Part shown: in pieces, positions 33,356 through 44,669 of the stretch
How the letters are laid out: each line of letters starts with the position of its first letter
Position numbering within the stretch: position 1 is the stretch's first letter
Source of the DNA: an uncultured Methanomicrobiaceae archaeon
GTDB lineage: Archaea; Halobacteriota; Methanomicrobia; Methanomicrobiales; Methanoculleaceae
Direction: 5' to 3'
Assembly (NCBI GenBank): GCA_963826525.1
Contig: CAWGXH010000004.1
Span: 1,152,001 to 1,216,000, forward strand
DNA length: 64,000 nt
The notes under the pieces: generated by a model
Told to the model about the DNA's origin: nothing
Database searches by the model: none
Seen by the model: only the letters and a program-made list of their open reading frames with translations
Made by a program: the position numbers and the translations under genes

Positions 33356-33811
33356 TCAGCAGTTCCGGCAGATATACGTCGTCGGAAAGACGGGCTCGGA
33401 GAGATCCCCGGCGATTACCTTTTTTCCGCCCATAACGAAGATTCGCCCGCACCGGGAGCATTTTTTCGGCATCAGCCGGTCAAGAAGTCTCATCGGGACC
33501 TCGAGTTCGAACTGGAGCCGTCCCATGGCGGCGGGGTTGCAGTTGCAGACATCCTCGTAGCGGCCGAGGAGTTCCATAGTCTGAAGCGGATTGACGCCAA
33601 GGCTGTCAAAACGCCTGAAGAGGAAGTAGTTGAAGATCATCCACCCGAGGTCGGCCCGCTCGAGGGTCTCGTCAAACTCCCCGCACACTCCTTCGTCTTC
33701 GTCGAGTGAATAACCGCAGAGCGGGCAGCGCCCGCCCACCAGTTCATCGAGGAAGACCTCTTCGTGACAGCTTGGACAGGTTGTGTGAGGTGTGTGCATT
33801 CTGGATGACAT
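33356..33811 (-). CDS. Hypothetical protein with multiple CxxC zinc-ribbon motifs
   Basis: CPSC, CPLC, CSRC, CRNC. Confidence 0.75.
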   Translation of the reverse strand: MSSRMHTPHTTCPSCHEEVFLDELVGGRCPLCGYSLDEDEGVCGEFDETLERADLGWMIFNYFLFRRFDSLGVNPLQTMELLGRYEDVCNCNPAAMGRLQFELEVPMRLLDRLMPKKCSRCGRIFVMGGKKVIAGDLSEPVFPTTYICRNC

Positions 33812-34190
33812 GGTAATAAAGGCCCCCTTTCGTGGTTGCTGCATACAAGCGGCCGCTTATCGGGGTCGGGGTCGCCCCTGATATCGTCCCGGTGGGCGGC
33901 TGACCCGATAGCAGTTTTACTAGGTATTGTGTTGACGATACTCATATACATGTCGTACGGGTCCCTGGCGGGACGATCGAGTATGTCGCTGTTTTATCTT
34001 CCGAATCCCGTAATTCCTTTTATTTGCCGGTATTGCCCGCTTCGGACATTCTTCCCGGCTATCTGCCGGATGCGATGGAAGCGATCCGGGGGCGGTCTCC
34101 GGCCGGGGTAGATAGAACGGCGGCCTCTGCGTTACGCACGGGGTTTTTGCCCGGGCAATCCTTTAATAGGTTGCAGGGCCAGTTCCGCGC

Positions 34191-35112
34191 ATGGCGTCGC
34201 CAGCCGCAGTCTGAGGTGTATCTGGTACGTGCGGTGGATAGGATTGCCGGCATCGGGGCACTCTTCGAAGAGGCCGGAATTGGTTCGCTCGCAGGGAAAC
34301 GTGTCGCACTGAAGGCAAACTACAACAGCGACGATCCCTTCCCCGCCTCGACGCATCCCGAGACCCTCGAGGCTCTCGTGCGCCGTCTCAAAGAGGCGGG
34401 AGCACGGGAGATCGTCCTCGGTGAGCGGAGCGGGATGGGGGATACCCGGACGGTGCTTCGGAACCGGGGCGTCTATACTCGTGCAGAGGCACTCGGGTTT
34501 GACGTGGTCGTCCTCGACGACCTGCCCGCCGCCGGATGGGATGCGATCGCCGATCCGGATCTCTCCTGGAAGCGGGGATTTCTGATCGCGAAGCTCTTCC
34601 GGGATGCCGATCTGGTGGTACAGACCTGCTGCTTAAAGACGCACCGTTTCGGCGGCCATTTCACGCTCTCACTGAAGAACTCCGTCGGCCTTGTCGCCCG
34701 GCACGACCCGTCCGGGACCTACGATTATATGGCCGAGCTGCATGCATCGCCCGACCAGCGCCGGATGATCGCCGAGATCAACCGGTATTACAAGACCGAT
34801 CTCGTGGTGATGGATGCTACGGCAGGTTTTGCGACGGGGGGTCCGGAGAGCGGCAGCCTCATCGAACCGGGTCTTCTCCTCGCAAGCAGTGACCGCGTGG
34901 CTCTGGATGCTGTCGGAATAGCCCTCCTCCGCTCCTACGGCTCGACACCGCAGGTCATGAAGGGGCGGATATTCGAGCTCGAGCAGATCGCCCGGGCAGC
35001 AGAACTCGGTATCGGTGTCCGGTCGGCGGAAGAACTCCGTCTGGTTCCACTCGACCCGGCGGCCAAATCGGCGGCTACGGAGATCCGCCGGATCCTCGAC
35101 GAGACGGGATGA
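34191..35112 (+). CDS. DUF362 (putative Fe-S) domain protein
   Basis: VALKANYNS...[26 protein letters not shown]; likely start ATG 34191 across an indel. Confidence 0.8.
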
Positions 35113-35673
35113 TCAGCTGAGCCCCCGAACAGGATCCGCAGGCCAATACCGATCAGGATCACGCCACCGGCGATCTCGATCTTCCGCTCGAAGATGTGTC
35201 CGAAGGTGCTTCCGATAACGACGCCGAGTGCGGAGATTACGGCCGTGACGAGGCCGATGACGAGCACCGGAACGAGGATCGGGGTGCCCAGGACGGCAAA
35301 GGTGACGCCGACGGCAAGGGCATCGATGCTGGTTGCGACGGAGAGCAGCAGCAGCGTCCCGAGCGACAGAGCGACAAGTCCGGGCTCTCCTTCCTCGCTG
35401 CCGAAGAGTGCCTCGTAGATCATCTTGCCCCCTATTAGCGCGAGGAGGAGAAAGGCTATGGCAGGAGCCGTATCCCGCGATGACGTCGGCGAGGCTCACT
35501 CCGGCGAGCCAGCCGAGAACCGGCATTGCCGCCTGGAAGAATCCGAAGAATGCCCCGATGATGAGGGCGTGGCGGAGTATGCCCTGCCTGACCGCCGTCC
35601 CGCTGCTCACGGCAACGGCGAACGCATCCATCGCAAGGCTGACGGCAAGGAGGATGAGGGTTATCGATTCCAT
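35113..35673 (-). CDS. mntP: Manganese efflux pump MntP family (frameshifted)
   Basis: [37 protein letters not shown]. Confidence 0.85.
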   Translation of the reverse strand: MESITLILLAVSLAMDAFAVAVSSGTAVRQGILRHALIIGAFFGFFQAAMPVLGWLAGVSLADVIAGYGSCHSLSPPRANRGQDDLRGTLRQRGRRARTCRSVARDAAAALRRNQHRCPCRRRHLCRPGHPDPRSGARHRPRHGRNLRTRRRYRKHLRTHLRAEDRDRRWRDPDRYWPADPVRGLS

Positions 35674-35773
35674 CTGCAGCATACAAAAGCGACCCGAAGA
35701 GGCATAAGCCTATAACACCGGGGGCGGCGATCCGATCGGATTAATCCGTCTCTCCATCAAACGAAGAAGGTAG

Positions 35774-37698
35774 ATGACAGAGAGCAGCACGGTGACGATC
35801 GGGCTCGTCCAGACCTCCGTCTCCACGGATCGGGATCGAAATCTTGCACGGACGCTCGATATGGTGCGGTCGGCTATCCGCCGGGGTGCCCGGATCGTCT
35901 GCCTGCAGGAACTCTTCCGGACAGTCTACTTCCCGCAGGCGGAGGACGCCGATCCCGACCGGTACGCCGAGACGATCCCCGGCGAGACGACGGATGCCTT
36001 ATCCGCCCTCGCCCGCGAGCACGGCGTGGTCATCATCGTCCCGCTCTACGAACGGACGGACGAAGGGGAGTACTACAACGCCGCCGTGGTGATCGACGCC
36101 GACGGCCGTCTCCTCCCCGCGTACCGGAAGATGCATATCCCCTACGATCCGCTCTTTTACGAGAAGACCTACTTCCGTCCGGGCGGCGAATACCGGGTAT
36201 ACGACACCCGCTATGCCCGGATCGCCGTCCTCATCTGCTATGACCAGTGGTTCCCCGAGGCGGCACGGGCGGTTGCCCTGCAGGGGGCGGATATCATCTT
36301 CTACCCGACGGCGATCGGGTGGATCGCCGGTGAAGAGGTTCCGACCGAAGGAGACTGGCACGATGCCTGGGAGACGATCCAGCGGAGCCACGCGATCGCA
36401 AACAGCGTCCACGTTGCTGCGGTCAACCGGGTCGGAACCGAAGGGGATCTTGCGTTCTGGGGAAGTTCTTTTATCTGCGACTCGTTCGGTGCGGTCATTG
36501 CCCGTGCGAGCGATTCCTCCGAAGAGGTGCTCGTGGCAGCGGTCGATCTTGCGCAGAACGCCGCCGTCCGTGAAGGCTGGGGTTTCTTCCGGAACCGGCG
36601 GCCGGATACCTACACTCCCTGCTCACCCGCCCGTTCGACCGGGAGACGCCGGCGGCTCTCGGCTACCTGATGCCCGCCGAGTGGGAGCGGCACGATGCCG
36701 TCTGGCTCTCCTGGCCGCACGACATCGAGAGTTTCGCAAACCTCGTGGCGGTAGAGGCGTCGTACGTCTCCCTGATCGCGGCGATACACCTGGATGAGGT
36801 CGTCAATCTCCTCGTGACCGACGGGGCGATGAAAGAAAGGGTCACCGCTCTCCTGCAGGCGGCCAATGTCGCCACGGATCGGATAGCCTTCCACGTCACG
36901 CCGTATGCGGATGTCTGGTTCCGGGACTACGGGCCGACGTTTGTCGTGAACCGGGAGGCGAACCGGCTCGCCCTCGTCGACTGGACGTTCAACGCCTGGG
37001 GCGGGAAGTACGACGAGCTGCTGAGGGACGACGGCATCCCGGCCGTCATCAACCGGGAACTGAACCTCCCGGTCTTCACTCCCGGCGTCGTCATGGAGGG
37101 CGGTTCTCTGGATGTGAACGGGAAGGGCACGGTGCTCACTACCGAACAGTGCCTGCTGAACCGGAACCGGAACCCGCACCTCTCCCGGGGAGAGATCGAG
37201 GGGTATCTTCGGGACTATCTCGGCATCCGCCACGTCATCTGGCTCAAAGAAGGTATCTCCGGGGACGATACCGACGGCCATATCGACGACATCGCCCGGT
37301 TCGTCAACCCGACCACCGTCCTCTGTGCCCTCGAGGACGACGAAAATGATGAAAATTATGCCGCCCTCCGGGAGAACTACGAGATTCTGAAGGCTTCGAC
37401 CGACCAGGACGGCAATCCCCTGACCGTTGTTCCGCTTCCGATGCCCGGCCATGTGGGCGGTGACCGGCGGCTTCCGGCAAGCTATGCCAACTTCTACATC
37501 GGCAACAACACGGTGCTCGTCCCGGTCTTCGGTCACCGGAACGACGAGCGGGCCCTCGCTATCATCCGGGAGGCATTCCCCGGCCGGGAAGTCGCCGGGA
37601 TCGACTGCACCGCGATGGTGCACGGCCTCGGGACACTCCACTGCATCAGTCAGCAGCAGCCGTCGCTCGTGACCTGGCCGCCCTACCAGACGTTGTAG
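35774..37698 (+). CDS. Fused N-carbamoylputrescine amidohydrolase (nitrilase family, AguB) and agmatine deiminase (AguA); indel near 36612
   Basis: CLQELF, YRKMHIP, ICYDQWFPE, NRRPDTY; upstream in-frame TPAALGYL joins MPAEWE; WFRDYGP, EGGS, DTDGHID, GTLHCISQQQP. Confidence 0.85.
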
Positions 37699-38192
37699 TG
37701 AACGCGTTCTCCCTGGAACCGATCTTCGGTGGGCGGTGTCTCCGCCGGATGTCCTATCGGGACCAGGGCAAACGGAACGACGCTGTCCGGCAGGGAGAAG
37801 AGATTTCGGAACCCGAGGATCCGATCCTCCATCGGGTAGACGGCCGTCCAGACCGCCCCGAGCCCCTGTGCATGGGCGGCAAGGAGGAGGTTTTCGGTGG
37901 CGGCCGAACAGTCCTGCACCCAGAACCTGGGCGTCCGGAGCAGGGAAAGGTCGCCGCAGACGAGAACTGCCACCGGTGCGTGGCTGCTCATTTCGATGAA
38001 GGGGCTTATGGTGGGAATATTCTTCAGGATCTCCGGATCGTCGATCACGATAAACTGCCAGGGCTGCTCGTTCGCGGCAGAGGGTGCGTTCATCGCGGCG
38101 GCAAGGAGCTCCCTGACCGTCTCGCGAGGGACGGGCTCTTCCGTGTAGTCCCTGATGCTTCGTCGTGTCCGGATCACGTCAAGGGTATTCAT
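37683..38192 (-). CDS. Nitroreductase family protein
   Basis: RRSIRDY, APSAANEQPW, DCSAATENLLLAA..GLGAVW. Confidence 0.9.
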   Translation of the reverse strand: MNTLDVIRTRRSIRDYTEEPVPRETVRELLAAAMNAPSAANEQPWQFIVIDDPEILKNIPTISPFIEMSSHAPVAVLVCGDLSLLRTPRFWVQDCSAATENLLLAAHAQGLGAVWTAVYPMEDRILGFRNLFSLPDSVVPFALVPIGHPAETPPTEDRFQGERVHYNVW

Positions 38193-38280
38193 CACGGTTC
38201 CCGGGTGAGATCGCCATAGTTCATATCTCTTCCTGCAGCCCGGAGAGCGCCTCTCCCCCGGGTTATCCTTAAGTGGAAGG

Positions 38281-40051
38281 TCAGGGGATTCGGGTCTTCT
38301 CTTCCTCGTGCAGCAGTCGCCGTACCTTCTCCCGGCACTCCTGCAGCTCTTCCGCGGCCCGTTTATGTTCCGTGATATCAAGTCCGGTACCGATCACGTA
38401 CTCGGCATTCCCCTCTCTGTCCCTGAGCACCGCATTCGACCAGGCGATAAGACGTTTCGTGCCGTCCTTTGTGATCCAGTGATTTCGGGCGTGTTTACAT
38501 CCGTTCTCCATGAGCAGATCGTCAAATGCGGACTGCGCCGGTGCAGCCTCTTCCCCGGGCAGGAGGAGATCCCATGCGTTTCTCCCGAGCACCTCCGCCG
38601 ATGCGTATCCCGTCACCTTCTCGCAGGCGGTGTTGAACCGGACGATGCGCCCCCGGGTGTCCATGACGAGCACCAGGGCATCGGCAGTATCGAGAACCGC
38701 GGTGGAAAAGTCCCGCTCCTCTCGCAGCGCTTCTTCCGCCTCAGTTCTTGCCGCCAGATCGAGCACCACGCCCCTGATCCCGACGACCGTGCCGTTCTCC
38801 ACGATCGGGGAGGAGTATACGGCGATCGGAAACCTGGTTCCGTCCCTGGCCAGGCCGGTGTACTCATCTTTCGTTCCCGGGCTCCCTGCGAAGAGTTCCT
38901 CGATCATGCCCTCGGCCCGTTCCCGCTCTTCCGGGGCTATCGTATCGAGGATGGTCATTTCTTCCCGGCACTCTCCCGGCGTGTACCCGAAGGTCTCGAA
39001 GGCCTGCCGGTTTGCGTACCTGATGGCGAGGGATGCATCGGTCTCGAAGACCGGCAGCGGAAGGAGATCGGCAAGGTCGTGGAACCGCTTTTCACTCGCT
39101 GTCAGTCTGCTCTTCGATCACCCGGCGCTCGGTGATGTCGTTTCCGATGGAGAGGATGCCGGTCGGGGTTCCGTCGTCGTCGAGGATGGCTTTGTTCGAC
39201 CAGCGCACCCAGACCCGGCGTCCGTCGCGGGTGATGTTCTCGTTCTCGTTCAGTCTGAACCGATCCGACCCCGAGCAGATCTCCCGCATCAGCGCCGCCA
39301 GGTCTCTTCCGGACGTTTCGGTCGGGGCGACTATCGTGCCGACGACATTCCGGCCGAGGATCTCTTCTTCCCGGTAGCCGAAGAAATCCTGCGCATACTC
39401 GTTGAAGAACGTGATATTCCCATCGCCGTCCATTTTGAGGATTATGGAGCCTGCGTTCTCCACGAGCTCCCGGTACTTCTTTTCACTCTCCTGCAGTGCA
39501 TGCTCGGCACGTTTGCACTCCGTCAGATCGATGAGGATGACGATGAACCCCTGGTTGCCGTCCTCAAAGACGGTTGGGGCGAATTTTACCTTGAAGAACC
39601 GATCCTCGTCGAGCCGGACGTCGAGATCGCCTTCGGTCTTCCCGCCCCCGGGCAGCCGGGCGATCTTCTGAAGCAGTTCCTGCACGTCGAGTGCGGCGAT
39701 CGGGAGGTGGTGAATGTTTTTTCCCGTTACGTCTTCCCGTTTTTTGTCGAGGATCTTCAGGAAGTAGTCGTTGACCATGACGACCCGGAGATCGGCATCG
39801 AGCACCATCACGCCTTCGCCGGCAAAGTTGATCATCGCCGAAAGCGGCAGCCGCTGGGAGAGGGAGAATACTTTCGCCATACCGTACTGGCGCATATCCA
39901 CCTGCCCCGTCGCCTGCAGAATATCGAGGTATCGCCCGATGGAGTGCATATTTTTGGCGAGTTCCCGGGAGATCTCGGTGATGCTCATGCCCTGGGGGTT
40001 CCTTTTCAGGAGCTCCTTGATCTGCTGCAGTTCTTCCCGATACCGTACCAT
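38281..40051 (-). CDS. N-terminal winged-HTH multi-PAS one-component regulator (frameshifts near 38960-39095)
   Basis: LKRNPQGMSITEISREL...RYLDIL...G.V wHTH followed by four PAS repeats; no kinase domain. Confidence 0.8.
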
Positions 40052-40098
40052 TGGATATAACTGGTGTTTATTCTCATATTTATACTCGAGGTACATTT

Positions 40099-40149
40099 GT
40101 AGCACTGGTCTGCTACCGGCATGTGTTACTGTCATTTGTCACAAATAAC
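40099..40149. promoter_or_regulatory. Two palindromic candidate operators in a divergent promoter region
   Basis: GTAGCA-N6-TGCTAC at 40099-40116; GTcATTTGTcACAAATaAC at 40131-40149, just upstream of TATA-like ttttatat at about 40158. Confidence 0.45.
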
Positions 40150-40228
40150 CGATAAAATTTTATATGATGGTCTCCCTCTCTGTGTGGCAAGACGCGCCAG
40201 TCCTGAGCGTCAGATATGAGGAACCAAT

Positions 40229-41584
40229 ATGCAGAGATCGAGTGAAACGAGACGGGGGGAGAACTCCTCCTTCCGGATGATGGCCAGGGGTCTCACGCTG
40301 ACCCTTATCCTGCTCCTGTTTGCAGGAATGACTGCTCCGGCCATGGCCGCCGATAAATACCTCTACGGGAGCCCGACCCTCTCGGCGTCGATCGCCGGCA
40401 CCAACGAGTTCTCGCCCGGCCAGGAGATGGCCCTCGCGGTGAACCTGAAGAACAGCGGGCTGAACACCTTCAAGTTCGTCGACCCGACCGCCGTCGCCCG
40501 CGACGACCTGCCGAACACGGCGAAACTCGTCACCGCCGCGCTCGGCACCGATGCCGCGCCGGTCACCGTCAAGACCGACCCGCAGTTCCTCGGCGACATC
40601 GCCGGCGGCAAGAGCGTCACCGCGACCTTCACCGTCAAGGTCGCCGAGAACGCCGCTCCCGGCACCTACAACCTCCCCCTCACGGTGACCTACACCTACC
40701 TCAGTTCGGCCGAGCAGTACCGGCAGCGACAGCATCCAGTACTTCTACGAGGAGAAGACCGAGGTCCTCCCGCTCGCGGTCACGATCACCCCCGACCTCC
40801 GGCTTGAGGTGCTCGAGGTCACGACCGAAGACCTGAACGTCGGCACCGAGGGCTACGTCCATCTCACCCTGAAGAACGCCGGCTACGAGACCGCAGAGGG
40901 CGCCGTCGCCCGGATCGCCCGGAGCGGCACGAGCCCGATCGTCCCGACCGACGCATCCGCCTACCTCGGCACGTTCGCCCCCGGCGAGACCGTCGACCGT
41001 GACCTTCAAGGCGGCCGTCGCCACCGACGCCGAGGCGCAGACCTACCCGCTCGACGTCCTCGTCACCTACACCGACTCGTGACGGCGACGCCTCGACCTC
41101 CAAGACCGTCACCCTCGGCCTCCCGGTCGGCGGGAAGACCGACTTCGCCGTCGTCTCCTCGGCCGCCACCCTCATCCCCGGTGAGAAGAGCGTCCTCGAG
41201 GTCGTCTACAAAAACATCGGCGCCGCCACCGTCTACAACGCCCAGGCACGGATCAGCGCCATCGACCCCTTCACCAGCAACGACGACACCGCCTACCTCG
41301 GCGACCTCGCACCCGGAGCAGAGGGAACCGCACGCTTCGAGATGAACGTCGACGCCGACGCAACCCTCAAGGCCTACGGCCTCGACTCCGAGATCCGCTA
41401 CCGCGACGCACTCGGCAGCAGCCAGATATCCGATACCATGAAGGTGCAGGTCGACCTCGTCCAGAAGATCGGGCTCCCTCGTCACGAACCCCATCGTTCT
41501 CGCCCTCAATCGCCGCGGTTCTCCTCGGTGCAGGCTACTACGTCTTCGTCATGCGCAGAAAGACCGACGGCCGGAAAGGGGTGA
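40229..41584 (+). CDS. COG1361 S-layer-like cell-surface protein (multiple frameshifts)
   Basis: Signal peptide; GTNEFSPG, PGTYNLPLTVTY, FTSNDDTAYLGDL, YGLDSEIRYRD; C-terminal TM; upstream of RND gene. Confidence 0.8.
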
Positions 41585-41669
41585 TGTGAGGACCCGGCGG
41601 CGCATGTCCGCTCTCCTCACCCTTCGCTCCTTCATGCCGAATACGTCGATAGTCTACGAGGTAGTTTCG

Positions 41670-43922
41670 ATGCAGTCCCCTTTCGAACTTGCCGCCGGAG
41701 CCATAACCCGGCGACCCGCACTGATCGCCGGGATGGTCGTCTGCCTTCTTCTTCTTGCCTTCTACGGCATGACGTTGACGAGCATGCAGACCGGGTATGA
41801 GACCTACGTCGATCTCGACACCGAGCGGGGTATCCTGCTTGAGAAGTATACCGGGACATTCCAGTCCGATAGTCTCATGGTCCTCGTCGAGGGCGACGAT
41901 GTCCTCGACCCCGCGGCGCTCTCGTACCTCGACGATCTCGGCGCCGAGATACGCACCGAACAGTACGTGCGGAGCGTCAGCAGCATCGCCGATCTCGCCC
42001 GTGATGCGAACGGAGGCGCTCTTCCCACGTCGTACGCCGATATCGGGGTTGTAAAAGAGCGGATACCGGCAGAGGTGCTCTCCCGCTACGTCCCCTCCAA
42101 TATGATGACCATTGCGGTGGTCACCCTTGACCCGGGACTGAACCAAGCCTCCCAGAACCAGGTCATCACTGCGTTGAACTCCCGGATCGCCCTCTCCGAC
42201 GTACCGGCGGGCGTGCACGTGGTCGTCACCGGCAGCGCCGCGTTCAACCAGCAGATGAGCCAGGAGATGGGGACCAGCATGGGCACCCTCATCGGTGCGG
42301 CCATGCTCCTGATGGTGCTGGCCGTCGGGCTGCTCTTCGGGCACGTCCGCTACCGCCTCCTCTCGGTCGCGATCGTCGCCGCCGGCCTGATCATCACCTT
42401 CGGGTTCATCGGCCTCTCCGGAATGAAGATCAACATGGTCACGATCGCCGCCTTCCCGGTGCTCATAGGGATCGGCATCGACTACGCCATCCAGTTCCAC
42501 TCCCGGTTCGACGAAGAGGCACGGAAGGGGTCGCTTTCCGATGCCGTCCGAAACACCGTCACGAAAGCCGGCCCTGCCGTCCTGTATGCGATGCTCGCGA
42601 CCTCCATGGGCTTTATCGCCATGTGGATCTCGCCGCTTCCGATGATCCGGAGTTTCGGGCAGGTCTGCGTGATCGGCGTGGTCTCCTGCTACCTTGCCGC
42701 TATCGTCATCGTTCCCGTGGCCGGCCTGCTGCTGAACTACCAACCGAAACCGAGATCCGGGTCGTCCTCCGTCCCGACACGGCGTTCCGCCGTCGATCGG
42801 TATGACGAGGGGATCGGTTCCGTCGTCGAGACGGTTGCAAAGCATTCCATTCCGGTTCTCCTCATCTGCGGTCTCGTCGCGCTCGGAGGCTGGTATATCG
42901 ACGGCGAGATCACGGTCAATACCAATGAGGATACCTTCGTACCGCCCGATATGCCTGCCCTGATCGACCTGAACAAAGTCTCACGGGCGATGGGCGCGAC
43001 GTCGGGAATGCCCGTCTTCATCAGGGGGACGGATGTCCTCGACCTCGATACCGTCAGGTGGATGCAGGAGTTCGGGGAGTACGAGGCGACGCACAACAGC
43101 CAGGTAACCGGCGTGCGGAGCATCGCCGACGTCGTCCTCCGGTATAACGGCGGAGAGATGCCGTCGTCCGATGCCGAACTTGCGGCAGTCCTCGACCGGA
43201 TCCCGGAGGAGGAGAAGAAACCGTACGTGAACGGCAGATCCGAGGCAATCCTCGAGCTCTTCACCGTGGAGATGGAGAACGACGCCGGGATGTCATTTAT
43301 CGGGCAGATGGAGAAGGAACTCGCATGGCTCCCGCCGCCGCCGGGCGTGACCGCGACGATCACCGGGACGGGGGAGATGTTCACGAATCTGATCACCGAG
43401 ATCCGGGAGGGAAAACTCGAGATGACCCTGCTCGGGTTCGGGATGATCTTCGGGCTCCTCTTCCTGGTCTTCAGGCGGGTCGGGCGTGCCGGTACACCCC
43501 TCGTCCCGATCGTCCTGATCGTCGGCTGGAACGGCCTGATCATGTACATGCTCGGCATCGACTATACGCCGATGACCGCCACGCTCGGATCGATGACGAT
43601 CGGCGTGGCATCGGAGTATACCATCCTGATCATGGAGCGGTACTACGAAGAGTGTGAAAACGGCCTCTCCGGGCTTGCCGCCATCCGGCAGAGCGTCCAG
43701 AAGATCGGGACAGCGATCACGGTCTCGGGGATGACGACGATCCTCGGGTTCTCGGCGCTGATGCTCTCCACCTTCGGCATCATCAGCAACTTCGGGATCC
43801 TCACGGTCATCTCGGTGGGGTTCGCCCTGATCGGGGCGATCATCATCATGCCGGCGATCCTGACGCTCGTCGGATCGCTGGAGCGCCGGTGGGGCAGATC
43901 GGATACGGAGACTACCGCCTGA
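41670..43922 (+). CDS. RND/MMPL (HAE3-type) transporter
   Basis: Duplicated architecture, GIGIDYAIQFHSRF, GVASEYTIL. Confidence 0.9.
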   Translation: MQSPFELAAGAITRRPALIAGMVVCLLLLAFYGMTLTSMQTGYETYVDLDTERGILLEKYTGTFQSDSLMVLVEGDDVLDPAALSYLDDLGAEIRTEQYVRSVSSIADLARDANGGALPTSYADIGVVKERIPAEVLSRYVPSNMMTIAVVTLDPGLNQASQNQVITALNSRIALSDVPAGVHVVVTGSAAFNQQMSQEMGTSMGTLIGAAMLLMVLAVGLLFGHVRYRLLSVAIVAAGLIITFGFIGLSGMKINMVTIAAFPVLIGIGIDYAIQFHSRFDEEARKGSLSDAVRNTVTKAGPAVLYAMLATSMGFIAMWISPLPMIRSFGQVCVIGVVSCYLAAIVIVPVAGLLLNYQPKPRSGSSSVPTRRSAVDRYDEGIGSVVETVAKHSIPVLLICGLVALGGWYIDGEITVNTNEDTFVPPDMPALIDLNKVSRAMGATSGMPVFIRGTDVLDLDTVRWMQEFGEYEATHNSQVTGVRSIADVVLRYNGGEMPSSDAELAAVLDRIPEEEKKPYVNGRSEAILELFTVEMENDAGMSFIGQMEKELAWLPPPPGVTATITGTGEMFTNLITEIREGKLEMTLLGFGMIFGLLFLVFRRVGRAGTPLVPIVLIVGWNGLIMYMLGIDYTPMTATLGSMTIGVASEYTILIMERYYEECENGLSGLAAIRQSVQKIGTAITVSGMTTILGFSALMLSTFGIISNFGILTVISVGFALIGAIIIMPAILTLVGSLERRWGRSDTETTA

Positions 43923-43949
43923 GCGGTACGACCTCTCTCTCTTCTCTTT

Positions 43950-44660
43950 TTAACGCCGCCCGACCGGCATGACGGCGAGCGGCGTCTCGTTCTCCGTCAT
44001 CCCCGTGATCCGCCGGAGAGCCGTTTCATCGAATGCCCCGATAATGACCGTTCCGAGACCGAGCGACTCTGCCTGCAGGTAGATGTTCTCTGCGGCATGC
44101 CCCGTCTCGATCTGAACGTAACGGACTCCCCGCTCCCCATACTTCCCGTCCGTCCGCTCATAGACTCCAGCGATGACGATATCCGCCGCTGCGTCGGACG
44201 CAGCCTCCTGACCGACGGCGGCCTCTGCAAGCTCGCCCCGGAGATCCCCCTGCCGTAGCAGGGTGAGGCGGTGCCCGTCGGGGATATAGTGGTAGACGCC
44301 GGCCGGCAGCTGCTCGACGTTGCCTGCCACGACGTATACCTCGAGTGGATAGAGCGCGCCGGCAGACGGCGCACTCCGGTGCCCCTCCGAACCGGTGACA
44401 CCCTGTGCCGCCCAGAGCAGCTGCGAGAGCTCCGCGAGCGTGATCGGTTCCCCGGTGTACTCCCTGATGGAACGGCGATTCGCGATCGCCTCTTCTACCG
44501 AGGTGGCGCTCTCCGTCCGGGGAGCGGGAAGTTCTATCGTTTCGTTTCCTCTCCCTGAGTGACTGGCGTTTCCGTCGTTCTCAAGGCCGTTCCCCATGCA
44601 GCCCGCCGCCGCCACGACAGCCAGAACTGCGATGACGAGCAGACCGGCATGTATCGTCAC
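43950..44660 (-). CDS. SagB/ThcOx-family nitroreductase-like dehydrogenase with lipoprotein signal
   Basis: AAAGC leader; RRSIREY, LSQLLWAAQG, PSAGALYPLEVY, GHAAENIYL. Confidence 0.85.
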   Translation of the reverse strand: MTIHAGLLVIAVLAVVAAAGCMGNGLENDGNASHSGRGNETIELPAPRTESATSVEEAIANRRSIREYTGEPITLAELSQLLWAAQGVTGSEGHRSAPSAGALYPLEVYVVAGNVEQLPAGVYHYIPDGHRLTLLRQGDLRGELAEAAVGQEAASDAAADIVIAGVYERTDGKYGERGVRYVQIETGHAAENIYLQAESLGLGTVIIGAFDETALRRITGMTENETPLAVMPVGRR

Positions 44661-44669
44661 GGCCTGCCC

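Noticed and set aside
34024-34190. N-terminal extension of the DUF362 protein given in the ORF track
   Set aside because: Low-information sequence containing a TATA-like element at ~34162; the real start is probably ATG 34191
43950-44660. RiPP (azole-containing peptide) cluster around the SagB-like gene
   Set aside because: No YcaO, E1-like protein or precursor peptide adjacent
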